Source: Octopus bimaculoides
Taxonomy: Eukaryota
Direction: 5' to 3'
NCBI RefSeq assembly: GCF_001194135.2
Contig: NC_068981.1
Coordinates: 96,559,582-96,623,581 of the forward strand
Length of the DNA stretch: 64,000 bases
The translations under genes were made by a program, and so were the position numbers. Below are positions 26,162 through 40,198 of the stretch, one piece after another (positions within the stretch are counted from its first letter, which is position 1; every line of letters starts with the position of its first letter). The notes under the pieces are model-generated. The model did no database searches. It was not told the origin of the DNA and worked only from the letters and a program-made list of their open reading frames with translations.

Positions 26162-27129
26162 GCTTTTATGATACTTTTATGTATGACAATAATGGATGAA
26201 TATCTGGTCATAGTAGTTGACTTTCTCTAAGTGTATGCAGTATTTTCAGTATGATTGCATATGAACTACTCAAAAGTTATGAATATGGCATGTATGGTGA
26301 ATTTGAAGAGACATACCTTAGGTGATAGTTTCAGTCACCCACTTAGTTGTTTCAGACAGATCAGTGAAAGAAGCACATTTGGCACTAAGGGCAGTCAATA
26401 TAGAGTTAGCAAAGGGGATCCAAGAGGTAGTTGTTGTGAAGTATGATATGGAGTGAAATGTCTTGACAGTGATTAAATGATTGTAATGAGAACAGCAACT
26501 GAACAAATAAAGAAATCAAGAATGGAGAGTCAATGAATCAGTCACTGATAGGGAAAGAAAAGAAACTAATGTAGATAAATCAGGCTAGTATGGATATAGA
26601 AGTAGTAAAGCTACAACGGACTGGGTTAAAAGAAGTCACCAATGAAGAAACCTTCAGAAACAGATGATTTGAGATAGATACCTTAAATGCAAGATGAAAT
26701 TTATTTAAACCACTGGTGGGTGAAGGAGTTGAGACAGCAAATGATTTTAAAGAATGTGACGAAAAAAAAAAAAATAAATAAACTGAATTAGAAACCTTTA
26801 TTACTGACATCCAGAGGAAAGTAAATCCTACAGAAGCACAGACACAGAAATAGTTAAGAGATATGAGAAAACATTTGAAAGAGAATGAGTAGTTATGTGT
26901 GTCTAGTATATTAGAACCAGTGAGTGTGATTTGAGGGAGAAGAATTTGATATAATGAGAAATTGGTACGCTGAGAAAAGAAAATTGATCAGTAGAGCACT
27001 GATATGCTTGGAGGAGGAGGAGAAAAAAAACAAAGCTCATGGGTTGAAGCATACCACAGCATCCATTTCCCTCTAACTTGAGCCATTGTTTTTAAGTGAG
27101 TTTCTGAAAACCCAATGCATGCTGGAGGC

Positions 27130-28460
27130 ATCATCATCATCATCGTTTAATGTCTGCCTTCCATGCTAGCATGGGCAAGGCAGTTTCACAAGAGCCGGCC
27201 AGGCAGAAGCCTGCACCAAACTTCAGTGACCGTTTTGGTAGGATTTTTACAGCTGGATGCCCTTCCTGAAACCAACCACTCAGCAGAGTGGACTTAGTGC
27301 TTTTTACATCCCCGATTAGGAATGAAGACAGAAATAGGTGCGCTACTGCAAAGGAAATACATGGTTACCCAACTTGAGGGAAGTGCAGGAGAAGGAGAGA
27401 GAGAGTGGGAGTCAGCAGGGTAGAGATGGTGGCAAAATGCCAGGCATACTCACAAGGGACAGGGAGCAGAATATAAATGGGATGGCTGAGTAAAGGAAAA
27501 GAGAAATATAGATGGTGGCAAGTGCCAGGGCATATCCTTGAGGTTCAAAACGCGATATAAGTGGCAGGATATTGCAAAGGAAGTGTGATTAAAGAGTGCG
27601 GGGTGGGGGTGGGGTGGGGTGGGTGCCAAAACCTGGGTGTATATAGTCAGGAGGCTACAGGATAGCAGTGATACAGAGAAGCAGGGCTGTGAGGACAGGA
27701 TAGGGAGTGTATAAAGGAAATGTGAGGAAGAGATGTAGATTGGTTTGTTGGGGTAGGGTAAGTGAAAAGTTTTCTTGTTACATGTGGGTGGAACACACAG
27801 GTTGGGGGCTAACAGATACCAATAATACAGTGAGACAGGGCGTGTGGGTGGATCACATAGGTTGGGGTCTAGCGGAGAGCAATGATATAGTGGCACAGGG
27901 CCAAGAGGACAGGGTTGGAGAGTGGGAAGTAAGCATAGCACATGAAGTGGAAATGTGAGGAAGAGAAGAGATGTACAGACGTAGTTTGGTTTGTTGTGGT
28001 AGAGTATGTGAGACGTTTCCTTGTTAAGTGTGGGTGGGACACACAGCGATTCTAGACATCTCGGTCCATTGTCATTTCCTCTGTGAGGTCCAACATCCTG
28101 AGATCGGTCCTTACCACTCCATCCCATGTCTTCCTGGGTCTCCCTCTTCCACAAGCACCATCTACTTTTAGCGATCGGTACTTCTTTATGCAGCTATCCT
28201 CATTCATATACATCACATGTCCAAACCAACATAGTCTTCTCTCTTGTATGCTACATTTGATTTCTCTTGTGCCTAACTTTTCTCTCAATACATTTGCACT
28301 TTGCCATACATGTGCTCTGATGTTGCACATCCAACAGAGTATACTATCTCCATTTCTCTCCAGTCTATGCATATCTTCTGGATTCAGAGCCCATATCTCG
28401 CTACCAAGGAGTATAGCTGTTCGCACACAAGCATCATATAGTGTACCAATCATAAAATAA
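27130..28460 (-). mobile_element. RTE-clade LINE 3' fragment, diverged subfamily with long purine-rich 3'UTR
   Basis: LYDACVRTAILLGSEIW...RRLCWFGHV...GRGRPRKTWDGVV (ORF 28052-28471); (GAT)n tail at 27130-27143. Confidence 0.88.
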
Positions 28461-29517
28461 GGGGAAAACAAGATACAGGATTACATACTAACAAAAAGAG
28501 AAAGTGAAAATAATACCTAAGAGAAGCTGAGGTGAAATGAAATTAGCAGGACTGGATCAAGGCAGAGCTCCAGAAAATTAAAGAGCAGTTGGTAGGGGAG
28601 GGGTGAGTTTAGACAAACCATTACCAGGACATTTAAATCAGCTGAAGTTATGAAAGCATTAATGAAGAACAAAATAAATTCATCACCAAACAAATGTGTG
28701 TGTGTGTGTGTGCATGCATGCACGCACACGCCAGAGATCGAGAGAGGGTGATGATATGGAGCAGTTATAACTACTGAATGGAGTAAAGTAGAGAGATCTA
28801 AAAAACGAGATACCTATACTGAGGGTGTAGTATTTTGAAATAAAATTACAATAGCTAGAATGTTAAGGAGCCATCAAATGTATTAAGAAAACAATTATTT
28901 TTCACCACTGACACCTAATGATTGAACAATTTCAAACATCATGCTTTACAATCAGATAGAAAAATGAGGTTAACAGTCCAAAATACTTTTTACTGATAAT
29001 AATAGTAATTGATTAATAAAAAAATTGGTACATATAAGAGAGAAGTTTCAAACAGTGATAGGCAGTTTTGGAATGAAGAATTGCATATAATGTTTATCAG
29101 AGTTTAATGAAAGAAATATAACAATACATAAATTCAAATGAAGAAGTAGATGATGAATGAATGAATGTATCTCACAAGTTCTGGAAAGCAAAACCCAATA
29201 TCTTAGCAGTAAGAGATCCAAAAAGAGTAAATAGTAGGTTAATGATTCAAAATTTTCAATTAAGAATGCCAATGATTCAAAATATGCCATTCCAAGTAAA
29301 GGAACAAGAATCCAGAGAAATGTTCACAAAGGGAAGGTTTGCCAATCAGGCAAATGGATTTCATTTCAACAAACTCTCGCCCATGATCAAAAATGGTTTA
29401 CTACTTTTCTTTCAAGTTACTACAAGCTTAGTTGTAAAAATTTGCCTTATAAACCAATACTTTAAACATATAACTGGTATGTCTCCCATTCAATATTAAT
29501 ATATAAGAATGAATTAC

Positions 29518-29629
29518 CTGTATATATCGAAGAGCACTTCGTAAAATACTTAGATTGGAGTTCTTTTTGTCCTCTGAAGGAGGTATTTGGTTACGAAGAC
29601 CATCGAAACATTCCTTCATGTGGGCCCTC
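29518..29629 (-). CDS. MNT: MNT exon 4 (helix-loop-helix, 112 nt)
   Basis: tttttaacag|G AGG GCC CAC ATG ... ATA CAG|gtaatt encodes RAHMKECFDGLRNQIPPSEDKKNSNLSILRSALRYIQ (human MNT RAHLKECFETLKRNIPNVDDKKTSNLSVLRTALRYIQ). Phase 2 to 0. Confidence 0.95.
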
Positions 29630-30902
29630 CTGTTAAAAAGATAAGTAAAATAAATGATGCAATCAAAATGAAAATTAAGTACTGAATAATGGAACTAACA
29701 ACTAAGAGGAACAGGCTGTTACTATTAAGACATTTAAGAGTATAAGAGAATTACAATTAAGAGAAAGAAAAAAATCTGGAGTTAATCAAAACTGAAAGTA
29801 AAGAAAAAATAAATTAATAAAAAGGAAAAAAGAAAACTATATGAAGTCCTAGTTTTAACATGAAGAAAGATATGATAACCCTAATGAACAACAACTAATG
29901 AAAAGAAAGTATACTTTTATTTGGCATAAAATTTGTTCTGAACATCTATCTATACAACTGTTCTTATGCCCGAGTCCAAGAATATCCCTTCACTTAAGAC
30001 TACACCTAAAAACAAAGCCCTCTGATTAGATGACAAGTGTACACTTCATTGTGTCAACCATTGTGTATTACTAAGTACATCTTTTAATCACTGAGAAAAT
30101 ATAAAAAAAAGGGGAAAATTACTTCTGCAAGAGATACCAACACCACCTTTAAATAGCCTTATTTCCAAGAATTACATTGTTTTGAAACTACCTTGTCTGC
30201 CCACAAATCACCAGATTTATACCCAACTCTAGCCCACAATAAACAATCTTATCTCAACTTCACTTAATAACTTGTTTGAATCATCTAGAACATCATCAGA
30301 GTAACTATTGCATTTCAACTGCAACCAATTTTTCTATGGGCAAGGAAGCCACAACTAAATTATCAAACATATTCCTTATTAAAACAGTAGGTATGACTTG
30401 AAGGAAATCTGGGTGCTACTTTTAGCAGGTCAAGAAACTATCTGAAGACCCCTCCTCATTTACTCTTTTAGAAGAATAGTTTGCAATAACAGCATTATAA
30501 CAGCTTAGATAGTTACAGCTGGTTTATGACAAGTCTTGCAAGGTTTTCAACAAACATCTGCAAAACTTAAGTTCTGAAAGATACTCATACACTATAATTA
30601 GTGATAAGGTTATCATAAAAGGCCAATTAGGTTAATGACATCAAAAACAAATTGCTGATTATTTGTACCATGATTACAATAAAACATAACACATAGCAAC
30701 CATAAAGTGTTTAGTTAACATTGGTTACTAATAATCACTTGACTGACCACTTCTATGTCTTGTTTTTTATGTACATGGAACCTAAGTAAAAGTACTAACT
30801 GCTATATGCTTTAATTTTTTTTAGAGGAATTGCTTTATATTTTATATTGTTATATGAGAACAACAGCGTCACTAATTACAGGTTTATATATATATATATA
30901 TA

Positions 30903-31278
30903 TATAATATTTGTAAACAACCCTGAAGGCTGGATAAGTTACGGAGAAAGAGCAACTACAAGTCTTTTTTATACAATAATAACTATATAATACTAATAAT
31001 ATATATACTCTGATTAAAGTGACATTATCAAAACAATTGACTAACCATCAGATGCATGTGGAGCCATGATAGTGTTGATATATGGGTTTGATTCTAACCT
31101 GAGCCAGCTCATCATTTTTCAGTCAGTTGTTTAGATAATGTCACTTTAATCAGAGTAAATGTATTATTATTATTATTATGATATATTATTATATAGCTAT
31201 TATTGTATAAAAAAGACTTGTGTAGTTGCTCTTTCTCCATAACTTGTCAAGCCTCTGTGTTTGTTTACAAATGTTATA
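30903..31278. repeat. ~150-bp imperfect inverted repeat with 78-bp loop
   Basis: 30903-31042 pairs with 31121-31278 (e.g. ggagaaagagcaactaca/tgtagttgctctttctcc and actctgattaaagtgacattatc/gataatgtcactttaatcagagt). Confidence 0.88.
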
Positions 31279-31334
31279 TGTAGTACTAGACAGTTAAGTA
31301 TCTATACATAAAGTTTGACTGAAATTTATGAATG

Positions 31335-31421
31335 AGTCTTCTGGCTCAATTGGATGCGCATGGAGCCATGTTAGCGTTGATATGTGGGTTCAATTCTAGC
31401 CTGGGTTACCTCATCATTTTT
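31335..31421 (+). pseudogene. tRNA-like Pol III unit (degenerate tRNA or SINE head)
   Basis: A box tggctcaattgg (31342), B box ggttcaattc (31387) and T5 at 31417-31421. The anticodon arm does not pair, so it is not a functional tRNA. A second, 5'-truncated copy lies at 31050-31119. Confidence 0.55.
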
Positions 31422-31483
31422 CAGTCAATTGTTTAGATAATATTGCTTTAATTGGAGTATATATATAATTATATAGTTATTAT

Positions 31484-31945
<462 letters not shown>

Positions 31946-34734
31946 AACATATATATATATAAACAAAGTCAAACGCTAATTGAAGGCTCACTCAATACTA
32001 CTAAGTATGAGTATAATATACATTTTTATTTTTAAAAAGGAAAAGTTCAGCAAGACCTGGTTCAGTCACCATCATCAATCAGTCTGACAAAGAAAACTTA
32101 GCTGGAACTTCAAACACTGTTAACCTTTTCCTTATAAAAATTATGCACATACATATATACATACATACATGCATGTATGTATGCATGCATAATTTTTATA
32201 AGCCTAGAAAACAAACTCATTACATCTTAGCTGTACTAACTAGACACTCCTAATTAAACATATTCTTATGCATATAGTACCATCTTTCACTCCTCGATTT
32301 CTTCTTTCACAAGGATATCATCGACATGTAACCAAGACACTTCATGCTAGATATTGAAAAGGCACTTTGAAAACATCTTCCACACTGGAGGAGGCTTTCA
32401 ACCTGGTCCACTTCTACAGAATTAAAAAACACAAAGCCACTACACATACACCTAAACAAAACGGCATTAAATACCCTTTTCGGTTATGAACAAGTCACAG
32501 CTAAAACTTTCACAAACCTAACAAATGCTACACTTCACATTAACTACTGATTTCTCATGATGACCACACAGCTATAGCAGTCAAAACTGCATGCCAAAGG
32601 AGACATTTTCTCTTCAGAGCCAGAAACTAATGAACAGCTGCTGGTTATATGAGGCACAGTTGTTTGTCACACTAGAACACTGCTCATATATCTAAGACAG
32701 AGCAGCTGTTACATAGACAAACAATCAGGCTGCATTGACAAAAAAAAAAAGAAATCCACCCAACTATTCAGTAAACCTGCACTTAACACTTACACTCACT
32801 ACTACTACTATTACTGTGAACCCACTGACATGGCTGTGAACTCTCATTCTTTCCTTTATTATTCCTACAAAGATTCCCACTCCTCCAGCCTAGGAACTGT
32901 CTCACAAACACACAAGCTAACCTGATCCCTTGATTCTCCTTCACTCGTCATCTCTACTTTGTCTTACACTATAGAATTCACCTGAACTTATATCTCTAGA
33001 CCTGTAACATGCAGAAACATCTTCACCATGTCAAAAAATAAAAAAACAAAGAAAACAAAGAAAATACCATAATTACTATAGACTGGTACCCTTGGGGAAA
33101 ATGTCTTATTCTGCTTGCTTTCATCTACTTCTAGCAAGATGCTCATTCTATCCCAAATACTTCCTCTACCATATGTATTTTCTACAAATTCACAGCACAC
33201 TCAAAATGCAGCATAAATGCATTGCATACCTATGCTAATATAACACAATGCTGTACTTGAGAAGACCCACACACCACAACAGAATTGAGATCCTAAAACC
33301 AAGGTGCCACATAAAAAGCATTGATGCGGGTGCTGGTACCATATAAAAAGTACCAAGTACACTTTGTAGAGTGGTTGGCATTAGGAAGAACATCCAACTG
33401 TGGAAACCAAGCCAAAACAGACTATGGAACCTAGTGAAGCCACTGGCCTGTTCCTGTCAAGCTGTCCAATCCACACCAGCATGGAAAACAGATGTTAAAT
33501 GCCGTTGTTGATGATGATGATGAAAGCCTTTGGAGCCACATCTAATCTCAAAGCCATACAATATGCAGACTTTACATAAGCTCAACTATATCCTCTATGG
33601 ATGTTGTATTTTGCTGCAGTAGTTTTATATACTATAATCACAAGAACATAAACGTAATAAATCATCATCATTTAACATCTGCTTTCCATGCTGGCATGGG
33701 TTGAACAGTTTGACAGGTGCTGGCAAGGCTGGAAGCCACACCAAGTCCCACTATCTGTTTTGGCATGGTTTCTACAGCTGGATGCCCTTCCTAACACCAA
33801 CAAATCACTTTACAGAGTGTACTGGCTGCTTTTTGCATGGCACCAGCACCAAAGAGTCACCAAGTACTTTGCAAGACAAAAAAAAACCCACCCAACTAGG
33901 AGTGGGGAGTAGTATTGAGGGATGTGTGGATTTGTGCCAGGAATAGGAAGGCTTTCATATAGATAGTAGAAGAATAAATAAGGAAAAGACAGTTCACATA
34001 GTAACCAACATGATTGTATAGTTAAGAAGCAAATTATATAAATAACTCTGGTATTTCCATCAAAAACCCGGACACATATCTGGAAAATTCTGGAATTATA
34101 GCACGATTATGTGAATAAAAAAGTTGAATATAGGGATAACAAATTTAAACCTGAGAATAATCATTGCACATTGTATGATCATAAGAGGAAGAATAAAATG
34201 TAGAATCAACCTCACTAATCTCAATAATGACAATGAAACCCAGTAGAATTAGATTATATAAAAGAAATGTCATATGGTTTAACACATCCTTTGAAATTCA
34301 GATGAACTTGGATATCCCAGGAATATTTTTACAGCATTGGAAATGCTTTTTCCCTATTCTGGTAGATATAGAAAGATACTTAATTGACATGCCATAAAAT
34401 TTGCATACTCCACTACACCTAATCTAGTAGATAATACAACAGCAATTAACAGAAGGAAATTAAATAACATTAGTAATAAAATGTACCTTTAATCAGTCAG
34501 GTAGCAAATACCAATCTATGTCTACTACAAATATTACATCTTTATCTGGATTAAATGAAGATAATAATACTGCAGTATCTCCTCATAGTAACAACTTGAA
34601 GACCAATGAAATTATTTATAAGGCCCTTTCTGGTAACATAAACTCAATAATATGTGTAACAGTAGTAATGTCTTAGGAATAATTTAATATATAAATGCTC
34701 TTTTAAAACACCTATTAAAGTTCATTATTTCACA

Positions 34735-35105
34735 GGTGTGAAAATTCATCAGCTTGTGTACGAGGATTATTGGAGGACAATTAATGTCATTGCTGATGTT
34801 GTTAGTCTGTCATATGGATCTGTACAGGCATTCCTAACATCTGAATTGAACATGCAGCATGTCTTTGCCAAGTTTGCTCCCCACCTGCTGATCACTGAAC
34901 AGAAAGAATATTGTGTTGAAGTCTGTCAAGGTCTCTGTTAGCATGTCACTGAGCTCTCCTTGTTTGCAAGTTTTTTGCCAAAAACAACATGGTATCACTT
35001 CTACACTTGCTCTATTCACCAAATTTAGCACCAGCAGACTTCCATCTCTTCCTCAAGATGAAAATGCAGCTCAAAGGTCACCATTTTAACACCGTTGTTG
35101 AGATC
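34735..35105 (+). mobile_element. Internally deleted mariner transposase remnant
   Basis: KIHQLVYEDYWRTINVIADVVSLSYGSVQAFLTSELNMQHVFAKFAPHLL followed by YSPNLAPADFHLFLKMKMQLKGHHF. Confidence 0.8.
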
Positions 35106-35107
35106 AA

Positions 35108-38100
35108 GACTCCAGATAAAACCCTCTCCTAATGTTATCATGTCGTCTTGGAACATACTATGCCACATTTTCCTTGGCTTTCCACTTGTTCTCTTTCCTC
35201 CTCCTTGTGTACACTCTGTCACATACATATACTTAAGAAACAAGATGTTCTCATCAGACCTCACATTAACATCCTTGATACCCTCTTAGAAAACAAACAC
35301 AAAAAGATGGAGACACTGATGTGAGTGAGAGATGTTCCCCTGGCTTTACAGATCCCCAAGAGAACAAAGATGAAACCATGAATGAGAGACCTGTCAGGGA
35401 AAGAGACACCAGCACTAATGGCAATACCACCACCAATGTGAAGAGCTGAAGAGACTAAAGAGCAAAAGAAAATGAAGAAAAAAAGAAAACAAAAGCCTCT
35501 GAAAACAAACAGGAACAAAACGATGATGATACAAATAAAAAAAGAAAAAAAAACAGGTCCCAGGAAGAACAACCAAGGAAAGAAATAAGTTAAGACTGCC
35601 CATATGCAAAGGGCTCAATAGTAAAAGAAAACTACTGGGACAAGAAAGTCTCTGGACAATAGAAATGAAAAAAGAGAGATCACACACAAGTGTGTAAATT
35701 GTATTTGTGTGGTGTCTGCTGATATGGAGATGATGGTGCAAACTGCTGTTTCACAGACCCAAAACTATGTCACAGCTGTATGAGGCAGGGCAAAAACTTC
35801 CATCCAAAGGGACCAAAAGATAAACAAAGACCCCAAAGAGGAAAAGGTCATGCACCACCTGCACCAAGACTAAAATACGCAGATGTAGTGTGTACTCTTC
35901 CAACAACCAGTTCTATCCAGATGCAGTCATAATGGCTGCAGTTAAGTAGCAATCTTTTTTATGCATGGCATAAAGAACGTGCAGCAACAGACTTAGGTGC
36001 ATCAAATTTAGAGTGGGAGCCACCCCCACCAACATATAAGACTACCACTGACATCAACACAGATGTCACACTGATACTCTCACTAAATATTAGTGGACTG
36101 TTACAATACAGTAACAGAACCAAAATTCCTGTCCTGAAAGACCTTGTAGCATGCAATCAAGCTTTATGCATAGCACCCACTAAAATGCATTTAAAACTGG
36201 ATATCGCAGATGCAGAGATACACATACCAAAGTATGTTATATTGTGTAACAAACAGAAAAGACAGGAGTCATGGTGGAGTTGCAATGTACATCCACGAAG
36301 ACCTCATGCCCCAGGTCCTTTTATCATATTCAAACTCGGTGTGTGATGTACTAATTGTACATATAAGACAACTCAATATAGTTATTTGTATTATTTATTG
36401 CCTACTAAGTGCTCCAAATCACAGTGCATTTGAAGACTGCCTTGCAAAAATATAAACAGTCTTAACCAAATTAGAATAACACATCAGTATACTTCACATA
36501 GGAGACTTCAACCTGCCCAGTGTAGGATGGCTTGAGGGCCTTTTCCTCTCAACAATGATGCGGTGCAAACAAAGACAGGTGGAATCCCTGTTCAACCTCA
36601 CTGACACATTATACATGGAGCAAGTAGTACTCCAACCAACCAGGGAAAACAATATAATTGATCTCTGCTTCACAAACAATACAGCACTCATCCATAATGT
36701 AAAAGTGACACTAACAGTAAGCTCAGATTACAATATAATGACCATATGTGGACTACAAGAATTCACAGACATGCAGCCTATGAGAAGCACCTAAAATTTA
36801 TCCAATCTGAACTTCCATAAAACAGACTGGAAATTGATTGGAAAGGGATCTTCAAACAGGATTGGCCTCAATGTCTCCCCACACTTGACATTGACATGAA
36901 ACTTAAATCCCACCTGCAAACAACAGTGCTGAAGATTGAAGGAAATCTGTAGTACTCTCACAGAAAAGAGAGAGCAGGCAAAGAAGCCTGGGTTATAGAA
37001 AATATAAAAATTAAACCCTAAAGCCTTCTTTAAGTTTGCCAAAAGAAACTGCCTTAGTGTGTTGCAGAGTAGGATCATTGCTCCAAAAAGATGACTCCTT
37101 CACAGGAAACCCAATGAGGATGAGTGAAACACTGAATGAACAATTCAAAAGTATTTTCATCCTTACAGCACATGCAAGTTAGCAAAACTGTAGAGTTCTT
37201 TACCACCATAGTTATAAAGAGAGAGGCAGTAACAATTGATTACACTGATATAAAAGAATACTGGCAATAGGCAAGATAAACCTAAACTCAACTACTGGCC
37301 TTGATGGTTTCCCAGCAATCCTTCTAAAATCATATAAACACACCCAAGCAAAACCACAGCAGTCTCTCTTCCAGACAAGTTGAAGGAAGGAACATGTTTA
37401 TTCATAAAAGAGGTAGTAGAGTGGATGCCAAAAACTATAGGACTATCTCTCTAACCTTGCATATCAGCAAAATCATGGAACAAATAGTCCATATTCTTTG
37501 AAGAAAATGACTTCTTTTACAACAATATGACCGTGTGTGAAAAAACAGCTGCTTAACCACTCAAATGTGGATGTGATATATCTTGACTTTGCAAAGGCCT
37601 ATCATGGAATATATCACAACTACCTCAGCATAGTTGGAAAACTTGAAAAGTGGCTACAAGACATTTTAAAAAATAGAAGTCAGGTAGTGGTGGGCAATGG
37701 AGCCACTTCCAAGGAAACACAAATAGTGAGTGAGGCCCACAGGACACTGTCTTGAGGCCGCTACTATTCATAGTGGTCCTCTCCAATATACCCTCATCCA
37801 TACAGAGCCATTCTCACAAGTTATGCAGATGACACAAAAGTCTCAGAAGTAATACAAAACCCTGAAGATGGCATGCACCTGCAACAAACGTTAGATGCAA
37901 TATAGAAGCGAGGTGACAACCAATAACATGCTGTTAAATGCTGGAAAGTTTCAAGCCCTGCACTAACAGCAGACAAAGTTAAATGCAATGCAAAGAACTC
38001 TGGACCTAGAAAGATTGCAGTTCCAGAATCACAATCAGTGCATGACCTGGTTACTGACAGTTGGCAATGAAATGCAGGCAGCTAGCTAGATGGATTATTA

Positions 38101-38190
38101 GTACTTTCAGAACAAGGGAGTAAGAAACCATAACAATCTTCTTTCTCTAGACAACTTTTGTCCTAAGCCCTCTTGACTATTGTTCCTATG
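35108..38190 (+). mobile_element. Decayed CR1-group LINE (ORF1 with CCCH-like finger; ORF2 APE + RT)
   Basis: ORF1 remnant CKLYLCGVC*YGDDGANCCFTDPKLC (35693). APE: ILSLNISGL, SHGGVAMYIHEDL, IGDFNLP, PTRENNIIDLCFTN. RT: TGLDGFPAILLK, NYRTISLT, VDVIYLDFAKAY, SYADDTKV. Many stops. Confidence 0.88.
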
Positions 38191-39544
38191 GTTACCACAC
38201 TGCATATGCAAATATGTAATCTACCATTTGAATTTCTACTTGGCAAACATTGCATGTTTAAATATCCTTATGACTTCTAGTAAAGTTTATGTTTCATTCT
38301 CTTTTATTTTCAGTTAATATTCTTCATTTATTCATTATTGTTTTTTGATATAAAATGCACATTCTATTAACAACTACTTTGCACTATTTCATCTTATAGC
38401 TGTCTGCTTTAAATTTTACATTTTCAACTGTTGCATGTTTTACCAGTATCTACTAAGGACTAATATTTCATTGCTTGGCATATATATATACATGTGTGCC
38501 CCATTCAAATTTCTTACCTCATAACTTCCAGAAAAAAGCATATTTTTTAATGAAATTTTCTAAAAAATATGCTTCAGATGGTGTAGATTCTGATTATATT
38601 GAAATTTGTTGTTAAAAACACTTTTCCATGGACAGGGAAGGGGTTTTTGGAAAACTCACACAAGTCAGCTTTGTTTCCACATAACTTTCAGAAAAGTAGG
38701 TATTTTTAATGAAATTTTCTACAAATACCTTTCAGAGTGTGTAGATTACAATTATATCAGAATTTGATATCAAAAAAATTAAAAAATTGCTCACAGACGT
38801 ACATACTGACACACATCACATACACCTATAAAATGAAACCTGAAATTTCAAAAACAAATTGTGATGTACATCAGTATGTATGTGTGTTTGCTCAACATTT
38901 TCCTTTTCACAGTAAATTCCAAAATAATTGTAATTTACATATTCTGAGAGGCATTTATAGAAAATTTCATTTTTACAAATACCCATTAACAGAATAGTGC
39001 TCATATAAATTTGAACTGCAAATTCTTCATCCAGGAGTAGTCCCAGTGTCAAAAGTGGCTATTAGAGAACTTCAAGGAGAGCCGATTTTCTTAGTATTCA
39101 GTATTTTTTATACTCTATATAAATATATTTATATACATGTAGGTATATGTATATATGTAAAGCCTAATTGTGTTTATCTGCATGTAAATTTTAACTATAT
39201 ATAATATATATACCTTTTTAATTTGTTTATGGGAAACTTTTTGAATAAGCAAAGCTCCTATTCCATTATACCAGCTACAGTCTATAGATGCTGACTGATG
39301 AACCAGTTTTTTGGGGTTGCATCAAGCTGTACATATATAATGTAGGATAAATATAGTAATAATAAATATAATGCTTTGATGGAATTTATAAATATTCTAA
39401 TGCATCACTACGCACATTTCCATATGTGATTCGTGGAAATGTGTAACGATGTATTAAAATATCTATAAGCTCTATCCTTGGATTGTTATCTCATATTCAT
39501 ATAACTGTGTGAGAGATTGCAGAGAGGTGAAATGTATCATACAC

Positions 39545-40198
39545 AACAATTATAAAAATGGATTGTCTACAATAACATCAATTGAAAACAATCATGGTCC
39601 AAGTGTAATGAACCAGCACAAACAATATTGAAAGTTGAATCGTATCAAAAAAAAAAAAAAGGTCATGCTGTCAATTTGGTGGGATTACAAAGGTGTTGTG
39701 TATTTTGAGCTGCTTCCAAGGAACCAAATGATCAATTCAGATGTTACTGTCAACAACTAATGAAACTGGAGGAAGCAATCAAAGAAAAATGGCCAGAATT
39801 GGCAAATCGTAAAGGCATCGTGTTCCACCATGACCACGCTAGACCACACATATCTTTGCTAACTCGTGAAAAATTATTGGAGCTTGGTTGGGAAGTGACA
39901 TCATATCCACAATATAGCCCTGACCTTGCACCATCAGATTACCATTTACTTCGAAGTTTGCAAAATTCTTTGAATAAAACTTTCAATAATGATGACGACC
40001 TGAAATCGCACTTGCTTCAGTTTTTGGCTGATAAGGACCAGAAGTTCTGAGCACGGAATCATGAAGTTGATAGAACGATGGCAAAAAGTCATCAAACAAA
40101 ATGGAAAATATATAATTGATTAAAGTACATTCTTTGCATGAAAAAAAAATGACTTTTATTTCACACTAAAAAACCGAAATTACTTTCTTCCCAACAAA
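39545..40198 (+). mobile_element. Mariner (DD34D) 3' half with right TIR
   Basis: KWIVYNN, VMLSIWWDYKGVVYFELL, VFHHDHARPH and YSPDLAPSDYHLLRSLQNSL; ends ccgaaattactttcttcccaac. Confidence 0.9.

Noticed and set aside
27450-28154. 234-aa minus-strand ORF
   Set aside because: Off-frame RTE ORF end running into a low-complexity 3'UTR; no domain.
31335-31410. Functional tRNA gene
   Set aside because: The A and B boxes are present but the acceptor and anticodon stems do not pair; kept only as a tRNA-like pseudogene.
32300-33230. Possible I/Nimb-like LINE remnant (similar weak signals at 26500-27000 and 46030-46410)
   Set aside because: Too degraded to recover ordered RT or RNase H motifs by eye.
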